From Ruditapes philippinarum (Eukaryota): DNA of 64,000 nucleotides. The notes below the pieces were generated by a model. The model searched no databases and was not told the origin of the DNA. It saw nothing but the letters and a program-made list of their open reading frames with translations. Below are positions 25,201 through 34,800 of this stretch, piece after piece; position 1 is the first letter of the stretch; each line of letters opens with the position of its first letter. Made by a program: the position numbers and the translations under genes. The stretch lies in assembly GCF_026571515.1 (NCBI RefSeq), contig NW_026858822.1, positions 124,001 to 188,000 of the forward strand. Direction: 5' to 3'.

Positions 25201-28200
25201 AAATACATGTATATGAGCCGTGTCATGACAAAACCAACATAATGGGTTTGCAACCAGCATGGATCCAGACCAGCCCATGCTGTTCGCTATCAGTTTCTCT
25301 ACTTGTAATAGAGTTGGAAAGCAAACAGCATGGATCCTGATCAGACTGCATGGATGTGCAGGCTGATCTGGATCCATGCTGGTCGCAAACCCATTATGTT
25401 GGTTTTGTCGTGACACGGCTCATATGTTTGTTCTGTAAGTAAAAAAAACAACAGCACAAATCACTTTACCTACCTGACTGATAGGACATGCCTTCAAGAG
25501 CTTCTTGAGCACCTTGTGTTATTGACCGCTCTTGTTTTAGTTGAAGTCGCCGCCGCTTAGTCGATGGCAGTGCCGATCTTTCCTGGACACGCTTCCTATG
25601 CTTCTGGCATTTATCTGCATATCTGAGGCTGTGGACACCAGGGGAAAGACCTGCCTCGGAGTGTACCTGAAAGCAGTAATCAGATTATTTAGCACACTTT
25701 AAAATGAAATATTCAGTCAAACATGGATATTGTAAGAAAAGAATTTTCTTGATCTATATATAAACCCAGGCAAAAATAATTCAGATAAAATGGGAACTAT
25801 TCATAACTCTTTACTATTGTTGAGGAAAACTGCATTATGATTTTTGTAAAAGTAACACCATTATTCAATAAAGTTTGCTTTTCACACCAACAATTTATAC
25901 ATTCCATCAAGGTGCATAGTGGTCTATAAGCAATATTTTTCTTCATTATCACTCAACATTTTCAACAGCAATTGCTTATATCTTTATATAAAAGTCATCT
26001 TGTGGATTGTTTGTCTCATAAAACTGACTGGCATACAGGTCCTATCTGCACAAAGCATAACAGAAAATTTAATGACAATCTTTCCAAAGTTCTAGATAAT
26101 AGAGTATTTACCTTATGATCATCACCTGTCAACATCTTGTTCCTTGAATAATAACAGTGCTGAACTGGAACAGCTGAACAAAAACAACAAACTTCAATAA
26201 ACAATTAACATCAATCAACCGTCAAACAAACATTCCAACATTATTTTGGCAATACATCCAACTAAATACACTTCCATGAAAATTATTTTTTTTTTTTTCA
26301 AAGGCTTCAACAATCTGAAAGAGACTGTTTTCTCTTTCTCAAATATAAATCAATGCTTATTACTTTATGAATGTTCTTTATTTTTCGAGTGATGGTTGAA
26401 GTTTGCCAAAATTATGCATGAAAAATTCACAAATATATGTAATACTGAAAACAATTAATACCAAGGAAACAGGGTCTCCAGAACTAGTATACCACAAATG
26501 AAAGGTTGTTATGACTTTCTTAATTGTTGTTCAAAACTATGTCTGTACTGGTCTAACATTTGTAAATAAAATAACAAGCAAACTAAACAGAACAAACTTA
26601 AACAGTAACAAGATATGTACCTTTGAAATGTAGTGACGCCCTTCATTGATGAATGCTGCTGTGGCCTTCACTCTAAAATCCAAAGATTCTGAATTCCCAT
26701 AATGAAGGGACTTTGGAGCCCTCATGGTGACCTCTCTGTTGGCGTGCTCGCACTGCTGACTCGAACCTAGGTCTGCGAGCTGGGGAGCCTTCATCACAAC
26801 TGGTTCAAACAGTTTTTCTAGCTGAGATCTAAGGTGGTCGTCCTTAAGCGGTCCTTTGTAGGGCAGGCTTCTGTGTGAGTATTTAACACTGCGGTCACGC
26901 TTGTACCCACACCATCGAGGCTGGCACATTGTGTGGTCTGCGAATTGATGAGGTACTAAAGCTTTCAGATTTTCTTCTAGTCCCTTTGGATCACCTTGAT
27001 TCTTTGCTAGAATATACTTCACACATTTCTGAATGTGTAAGATCACTAACTTACTGAGCTTTGTGCTTTTGTCCGCCTGAAGAGCATATAGCTTCTTTCC
27101 AATGTTTTTCACTATATGATTTCTGTCAAATTTCTTTTTCAAGCTAATGTTTGATTTGGATTTCAGACGAGCTATCATGGTGTTATCTCCATCGCCTTCA
27201 ATCACTTCCACAGGGGTTCCGTCCTTGTGTAGCTCACATACACCCCGCTCACCCGATACACTTTCCATAAGCCTGGCACTTCCTGTGTGATCATGAACAC
27301 AACGATGATTTCGTACTGCCTCTGAAGGTCTATAAGACCACAGAATTTGCAACACTTTAAACCAGAAAGAAGAACATCAAACTCAACGATTCTACGACCT
27401 GTCTTCCAGCCCATCCTTGACACATTTTTAGGCAATTTCGGCTGGCATTCACAGTCTTGTCCATTACACAAATGTGCTCCAACATAATTGTGATCTTCTA
27501 TAACATTCGACTGCTTCTTTAATCGCCGAGAATTCACAACTTTCTTGTAACGGCCTGTTTTATCGCGGACTTTCATTTTGACATTTACGGTGAAGGACGT
27601 TTCATGTAATCTCTAAACAAAGTGGTGGATTTCAAACATCCGATAATTTCAACGAATTGTTGGGAATTTGGATATTATATTGTTAATATACCAAACAAAT
27701 AGCAGTTATTTAATTTTTGTTTACAATACTTTTTACGAAAACGCAATTTGTAACGTTTATATTTTTTAGAGAATAACTAAGCCGACCTAAGCCGAGTAAT
27801 CCCGAAGTACCTCCGTATCCGTTACGAGGAAGGGCGGAGTTAGGCGAAATTTCACGATCTAATGATGGGTCTAAGACCTTAAGCCGTCAATTGTATCATA
27901 ATCCATGCTTTTTTAGGGGAAATGAACCTTATTCCACTTTTACACTCATGAATGAAGTTTATCTATCTTTCAAATTTGATTTCTATGACAGGCATTATGT
28001 CTGTCTGCTAACATAAAGAAACAGGTGGCCATAGTAAATCATGATGTTTGCAAACCTCAAAGCAGTAAAATCACTTATTAATTAATCTTGGATATTTTTA
28101 TTTATTTCCTTACTATTTCAACTCAAAGAAAGTCAAAATATATTGTTCAAGTGATTGCACAGGTTAATGAACAAATATGGTGAGATAACACTGTGAGGAG

Positions 28201-28439
28201 TGCTTTGCATTAACACCTGTTGTCTAAATTTTGTACTCTTGATGAAATCTTTGTAGTTTTAACTGATACATGAATCGGAGCAAGTATGTGCTATACATAA
28301 ATAGCATAAATAGTGTTCGCTATAAACAAACAATAATACATTGAGAAATAAGCTTGTATAAGGGAGCCTAACTGTTTTCAATTTCAACACTTACCAAATT
28401 GTCTTCTGTTTCACTATCAGATTTACCTCCGTCAGCCAT
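16270..28439 (-). CDS. Transposon-borne Ser/Thr (TKL-like) protein kinase. Predicted exons 28439-28395, 21338-21242 and 18627-16270
   Basis: The 2358-nt last exon is open and has GEGSFG, VAIK, the alphaC Glu, [19 protein letters not shown] and the subdomain XI Arg. Acceptor tttcag at 18628 extends the ORF ([19 protein letters not shown]). Exon 2 is 97 nt, one base too long to keep frame with exon 1, but has in-frame ATGs at 21262 and 21259. Confidence 0.85.
17290..17575 (-). repeat. Coding 39-bp (13-aa) tandem repeat [13 protein letters not shown], about 6-7 copies
   Basis: tccattgatggttcagtaac recurs in frame within the kinase ORF. Confidence 0.95.
18961..19190 (+). repeat. 28-bp tandem array (tattttgacttttgtattatgtcttatg), about 7-8 copies
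   Basis: Direct periodicity. Built from the same 7-bp words as the TIR subterminal region. Confidence 0.9.
20216..20522. mobile_element. Kolobok-like MITE (TTAA TSD, AG..CT ends); same family as 51388-51738
   Basis: ttaa|agatgcatgcctccaga ... gtatgctgct|ttaa. The interior aligns by eye with the copy at 51388. Confidence 0.75.
23812..27576 (-). pseudogene. Kolobok-type DDE transposase fused to a DEDDh (DnaQ/PML-like) 3'-5' exonuclease. Exons 27576-26621, 25666-25474, 25038-24907 and 24633-23812
   Basis: Transposase motifs GRRIVE..CxxC, [15 protein letters not shown], [24 protein letters not shown] and GLSPG..KRRR..EGMSYQS. These splice in phase to FDLETTGL (ExoI), [14 protein letters not shown] (ExoII) and AHNASEDV (ExoIII). 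Frameshifts lie near 27335 and 24305. Confidence 0.87.
25215..25421. mobile_element. Palindromic MITE with GAG..CTC ends and 4-bp TSD ATAT (Sola-like), internally deleted copy
   Basis: atat|gagccgtgtcatgacaaaaccaacat ... gtgacacggctc|atat, located in an intron of the Kolobok gene. Confidence 0.88.
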
Positions 28440-28578
28440 AATGGGCGCATGTGATGAAACTTGCCTTTTTGCCGCCTTTTTTGTCAAGTCATAATACATA
28501 AGACAAAAGTCATAATACATAAGTTATTAGTCATAAGACAAAAGTCCTAAGACAAAATGGCACTTATGGGCTTCCGTA
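28381..28578 (-). repeat. Right TIR, containing a 45-nt ATG exon (28439-28395, [15 protein letters not shown]|gtaagt)
   Basis: Reverse complement of 11354-11550. Confidence 0.92.
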
Positions 28579-29108
28579 CTATCTAGATCTGTCATAAGCT
28601 TTATCTATATCTATTCTCTTCCTACGCAGTGACCCCGTTGATCAGTAAAATCTGCAAAGGGAGGTAATCACTGTGAGGAGTTTGAAGATATCTGGAATTT
28701 TATCGTGACAAAATATGGTAATTGATTTAAATCTACTATAACCTCTTGTCTGCAGGAATATATAGGTTTGCAGACCTTTTGGAGTCTCTTCGAGTAGATA
28801 ATGAAGACGAAAAAAAAGATATAAACTTTACTCAATATAGATTCATTATAAGACTTAGTCATTTGTAAAACGGAAATATTTGGTCTGCTACTACTATTTG
28901 TGACTATTTATTTTGTGTTTGAAGGTTAGTAAGATACTTTGATAATTAATCTAAACACTATTCAAATCGTTCCGAACTTTTGGTGTTATACATATGAAAT
29001 TTGACAAGGCTTTTCATTACATGTAAGCGCCATTGCCTATTAATGTTTATTTCTTAAACTGTCTATTGTCAACATGACAGACAAAGAACAGAAACAAGAT
29101 AACGTACC

Positions 29109-29230
29109 AACCTGAAACATTCCACGCAATTAAAATTATGAAAACTGCAACAATTCCAAAACATAAAAGCTTGGGCACTGTCTTCATGTAGTAAGTATAG
29201 TGAAAAAAGTGCATAATTCTTCTCTTGAAG
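29109..29230 (-). CDS. Possible first coding exon of a type II membrane protein (signal anchor), perhaps a sulfotransferase paralog
   Basis: MFQMPKLFKRRIMHFFHYTYYMKTVPKLLCFGIVAVFIILIAWNVS has a basic N-terminus and a hydrophobic stretch, followed by candidate GT donors. No clean downstream join was found. Confidence 0.35.
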
Positions 29231-30629
29231 AGTTTTGGCATCTGAAACATTTGCTTCCTATAAAGTTATATCAAAATCCCGTTTTCGTTTAAATACATAT
29301 TCTATTATACACATACATTTGACTGCCATGAATATTGAAATATTGAATTTTTCGCCGATCGTAATCAGTAACAAAAATGCCGCGGGCAGTTTTTGAAAAA
29401 AGCTAAGGTTAAAAAGACATCTCGTTTTAATTGTTTATAATTTATGAATATTTACAATAGCTTTCATAATGCTATATTTAGATATAAAACTAAAATGGAC
29501 AGTCATCAGAAACTGTTTTATTTGATTGAAACCTAATTTCAAACGATATATATTCACAGGGATTGTACAATACAATAAAACATACACGTAGAAAAAATCA
29601 TTAAAAAACCAAAAAGAAGTAATTTTAAAAAAGATACTCGGCCGAAGTAAAACTGGTTAACTTGCATATGTTAATTACGTGTAGTTCTTAGCTTTCCTTG
29701 CATAGTCATGTTGAAATGTTAGCAAAGCTTGCATAACAATGACATAATAATTTTTAAAGGGTATTGATTTTGAAAAATGGATCACTTTAAGATGTATGTG
29801 TTTCTGAACAAACCTGTCATGTTTTTGGTAAGTGAACTCAATTTCTAACACCAATATCTTGTCATCAATAAGGCAATTGTTATTATTAATACTTGATTAA
29901 TATGCAAAAATATATAAACATTATAAACATTATATCAATTGAACACATCAATAATCATATAATATATTAGACACTTATTGAACATCATAAACTAAGGGTA
30001 CCTGATAAGTTCTGATATTATTCTCGTTATTTTGGACAAAATTTAAAACTCAGATCTTGTGTAAAATAAACTCAGTAAGTTCTTACGTAAAATAAACTGT
30101 TCACTAGAAAATGTTATGTGATCTGAATGCAATATGCAATGCGTATTGTTATATCTGAGCGATTCAACTAGAAAAGAACTTGAAAGTTAAAGAACTATTC
30201 TGTACATTTTATTTCAAAACTATCCTTTACATTTTATTTCATAATGACAATTAAGAACTCCCCTTTACATTTTAGTTTTGAACTACATGTATCTTAGAAT
30301 GACAAGAACTATCCTTCACCTTTTTATTGTAGAATGGCCAATGAGATTCCCAGATTTCATTTTGGAATTTTAAAATGACCAATGAAAACTCTTTTTACAT
30401 TCAGTTCTGCCCTGTAAATTGTAACAATGCAGTCAAACTGAAAAATGAACAGCCTTAGGCCGGAATATGCAAGCAAAAATGTACAAATAGATGAATGTAC
30501 CATACTGGCCGTACTGTCACATTTAGTGGGACGGTAAACAGATTAATGTGGTAAAAACAATAACCTGTCAATAGATAACAACAACAACATCATTTAAATG
30601 TAGCCATCCAAATGATCAATGGGATAGAT

Positions 30630-30860
30630 TTTTATTTTTATTTATATTTTTTGGATGGGTTTTACGTCGCACCATATGGTGGCTTTTTAGCTTTCAGACA
30701 CAACCGTGCACCCGAGTAGAACCACCGACGTTCCATTAGCTAGATGGATAGCTTTCTCACATGAAAGAGTCTGAAGACGCTGGCACGACTCGAATCTACA
30801 GCGATGAGAGGCAAGGGGTTTGAAGTCAAGGGCCTTAACCACTCGGGCATAGACACCCCT
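30630..30860 (-). mobile_element. tRNA-derived SINE
   Basis: The minus strand has a cgagtggttaagg A-box-like motif, an attcgagtc B-box-like motif and an A-rich tail. Confidence 0.65.
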
Positions 30861-30880
30861 CTAGTTTAAGTAAATAATAT

Positions 30881-31092
30881 GAGCCGCGTCACGACAAAAC
30901 CAACATAGTGCGTTTGCGACCAGCATGGATCCAGACCAGCCTGCGCATCCGCGCAGTCTGATCAGGATGCTATCAGTTTCTCTACTTGTAATAGAGTTGG
31001 TAAGCGAACAACATGGATGCGCGGATGCGCATGCTGGTCTGGGTCCATGCTGGTTGCAAACACACTAGGTTGGTTTTGTCGTGACGTGGCTC
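30881..31092. mobile_element. Sola-like palindromic MITE (same family as 25215)
   Basis: gagccgcgtcacgacaaaaccaacat ... gtcgtgacgtggctc. Confidence 0.85.
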
Positions 31093-32248
31093 AATTATAT
31101 TTCATCATGTCATTTCTAAAACACGATGTTGTTTTCCATATTTCGACCATGAATTATACCAAGTCAATATTTTTGATTTTTTGGTATATATATATATACA
31201 TTCAATATGTTGTGTTACGATAGGCTTATTTTTTATATAAAATTTATTTCCTTGCATTTTCATGCTGTTTTATTTCCTTTTGTGTAGTGGTCGTGCTTTT
31301 AGGTGTGCTAAAAATGTGAAACCAATCGAAACATTTTGGCTTTTATTCATAATAACGTTATTATACTTATCCGAAGTTTGACGGAAAGGGCCGAGATGAT
31401 GCGTACACTTCGGTGACGTTTTTTACTTAAATAGAAATTAGATGATGGATATGGTACGCATAGCTTCATATGGACTACAACGTGCAAAGAAAGTATCAAA
31501 CGAGCATTTTTGTACATGTTATACTAGATCTTTTTTTAATTCTTTTTTTTTTATTTAGACTGGTTTGGGGCATTTTTCTCATGAGCATGTTAAACATTTC
31601 CGGAGCCACGACAACAAATAAAATAAAATAAAATCCAAAGAAGTATGCGTCAAAAATCAACAAGAGTTGGTATGACTGCGTGCTCGACTACCATCTGTGC
31701 TCGACAGTAAATCAAGAGCCTGGAACAAGTAGATATTTTAGTTCAAAAAGGTCACAATTCTGTACAGAAAACAAAACATGTTCGAGTTAAACTTCGAATA
31801 GTCGAGCTAAAAAATGAGTGTCATAAATAGGTCGAAATATTCAATATCATTTTCATATTTTCCCGTCATGACATACTATAACAAGCTAGATCGTCAATTC
31901 TTTTAATATATGTACAAAATTCATAAAGTATGTAAAATTAATACAATTTAATGACAAGAAAATCATTGATGCAAAGCATCAAAGGGCGACGCCAAAAGAA
32001 TTTGATCCAGATTTGCACCTAAATACTTAACAAAAGATGTGTACTTGATAGCAGTACCATTACATGTGACCTGGAGGCTAGGGCCAGTTTAAGTTGAAAC
32101 TTAAACCAAAAAAGAATAGACTGTCTTGCCAAGATGCAAAGACAATTTATAGTCAATTAAGCAATCTTATAAGACTCATGCTATAAGAAAAAATTTCTTC
32201 AGATTTATTTTATGAGACACAAGGATTCCTGAGTCATCAGTATATAAT

Positions 32249-32499
32249 CACAGGCACGGGTATCGGACCTGGGAAGAAAAATATGACCAGATTGATAAAA
32301 AAAACTGTGTTTATAAAAACCAAAAAAAAAAATGTAAATAATGATCCCCTTTAAAAATATACTATCAACTTGAAGTATATTTTTAAAGGGGGTCATTATT
32401 TACATTTTATTTTGGTTGTTGACACTTTTAAGATGAACACAGGTTTTTTTATCAATCTGGCCATATTTTTTCTTCCAAGGTCTGATACTCGTGCCTGTG
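32249..32499. mobile_element. Palindromic MITE with CACAGG ends (hAT- or P-like), older copy
   Basis: Same family as 49360-49614. The TSD is degenerate. Confidence 0.8.
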
Positions 32500-33823
32500 C
32501 ATTATAATAAAAGCTTACTGCTTAGGGTTGAAGACATGTAATTGACATATATTAGACATAAAAGAGGACCTAAAATGAACATCAGGGGGACAGCATAGGT
32601 ACTCAGAGCAGTAGTAGAATGAGTACCAGCCACATCAACCAGCTACTATCAGAGATAAGACTTAAACCATGTAAGAATGTCATTATATATGGCAGATGCT
32701 TGAAGTTTCATGAAAAACCACTTCTAAACCCTGACTGAAACTGCCTGACCATGACTCGAACCCATGACTTTCAGAAGACCAACTGAGCTATCCGGCCTGC
32801 TACACATTTTCTCTTTAATAATGAAACAGTTCTAAACCACAACATATTTCCCCACTATATCGATTTGTGTTCGTGAATTTCTTATGTTACAGAGCATAGG
32901 AAATTGAACTCATGCTTATATGCAGTCACAGGATGAGAAAAACTTTGAGCTTGACCAGAACTCAAACCTGTGACCAACATAAGAAATTTTATGAAGGCTG
33001 ATTTGTATTTTGCATCAAGGGCACCGGGCAAAAACATGAAAATGCAACAAACAAACCACTTTGTGGTAGATTGTATTTTCATGTTTTCATCTGGCGCCCA
33101 GTTACTTTTTGTACTATGTTGGTTTTCATGTGGCACAAATCACCCACTATAAATTTAGTGCACAAATTTATTCAAGGGCAAGTAACAATCTACTCTATGT
33201 ACAGTCTGTTGTCCGGTTGACTCAGGAGACCTGGAGGTTGAGACCGGTGTCCCTTCATTACAAATAGATAAGACAGAAGCTGTCCTTTTCAAACTATGCA
33301 CATGTTAGAAAAAAAATAGAATAACTGTTCAGAATATGATTTTTTGAGACTTTATTAATTATATTGCTTGATCCAAGTTTAAGGACATTTTCAATCAATA
33401 CATGTTTTATCATTTATAACTTTAAATGAAAGTCTCATCCCTTTAATAATAATGACATAACTGTATCTCTTTAAATGCAGAAAAATTATAAGTCTCAACA
33501 TATCAATATACTACTGTCTAAGATAAACATGTATGCACATAACATTAATAATTCCCAGTTTATATTAAATAAATATGAAATCATAACATTAACATTAACA
33601 TGCTTTTGATGACCTTACAACTGGTGAATTATATACAACAAAAATAGTAGTATAAGTAATACCTAAGATAGACAGAAAAGAACAAATAATTTAGTAAACA
33701 TGAGTTACTTCCCCTTACAATAAAGAAAACCTGAAACCCAAAAGAACACCCTAAACAGCAAAATTATGAAATGCTGCAGGTTCAGTTTTATCAAGCCATG
33801 CAAATTAATGGTAAAGTATTCAT

Positions 33824-34800
33824 AAACAAGAGCTGTCCGTAAGACAGCGCGCTCGACTTTTTTATTGCTTGCCAATAAAAAAAGTTTTTGCAGTAAAAGG
33901 CAATACAAGAATCTCTGTATTTTTAAAGTGAACTAGTTGTTTGATACCCTTGAATATTACAGCAATGTTTATATGACATAATTTATGGTAAAGTGAACAA
34001 GTGGATAGGAATGAATTTTTTTAGATTTTTTAAGTTTTTTAGTGCTTGCCTATAATACAAAACATTGACAGTTAAGGGCCATAATTCAAATAAAAACTTT
34101 GACAGAATTACCTTCTCCTGGACATGTTTGGGAATCATGATTGTAAACAAATATTCCAACTTTCAAATTAATATCTCAAACAGTTCAGTCAAAAAGTGGA
34201 CTGGTACTAAAAACTTAACCAAGATTCTAAGTCGATAAAAGGCCTTAATTTTTAAAACAAATCCTTGACAGAGTTACCTTCTCTTGCGTACAGATGGGGG
34301 TAATGATGTGAAATAGCATTAAAAGTTTCAAAGCAATATCTCAAAGGGTTAAGGCAATAAGTGGATTTTACCCATATTCAATGTATTTTCTATGTCAAAA
34401 AGGGGCATAATTCTGTCAAAAACCTTGACAGAGTTATGTCCTCTTGTCTGTTGATGAAGGTCGTGATGGTAAACAAGTATGGTCAGTTTCAAAGCAATAC
34501 CTCCAATGGTTTTGAAATAAAGTGAGGTGGTACAAAAAACTTAACCAAGCTCAATACACTTTCTAAGTCAAAAAAGGGCCATAATTCTGTCAAAAACCTT
34601 GACAGAGTTATGTACTCTTGTCTGTAGATGGAGGTTATGATGGTGAACAAGTATGGTAAGTTTCAAAGCCATACTTGTAATACTTCTGAAATAAAGTGGG
34701 GTGGTACGAAAAACTTAACCAAGGTGTGACGCCAACGCCGACGCCGACGCCGGGGCGAGTAGGATAGCTCCCCTTTTCATAGAAAAGTCGAGCTAAAAAA
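33824..34800 (-). mobile_element. Non-autonomous Helentron/HINE-like element with internal repeats and (GACGCC)n
   Basis: Start hairpin aacaagagctgtccgtaagacagc with gctcgac, repeats of gggcataattctgtcaaaaaccttgacagagtta, and the end gtcgagctaaaaaa. A short relative lies at about 31660-31815. Confidence 0.78.

Larger units (their letters stand above)
22966..27878 (-). mobile_element. 4.9-kb Kolobok-type DNA transposon nested in the IS3EU element
   Basis: Perfect 18-bp TIR ggtcttagacccatcatt / aatgatgggtctaagacc, TTAA on both sides (22962-22965 and 27879-27882), purine-purine ends and a matching transposase inside. Confidence 0.9.
11354..28578. mobile_element. 17.2-kb IS3EU-type DNA transposon with transposase and kinase cargo
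   Basis: Left end tacggaagcccataagtgccattttgtcttagg (11354) and right end cctaagacaaaatggcacttatgggcttccgta (28578). Inverted identity runs about 200 bp. Exact 6-bp TSD CTATCT at 11348-11353 and 28579-28584. TAY..RTA ends, a 6-bp TSD and an IS3/IS481-like integrase core are the described hallmarks of IS3EU. Confidence 0.93.
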
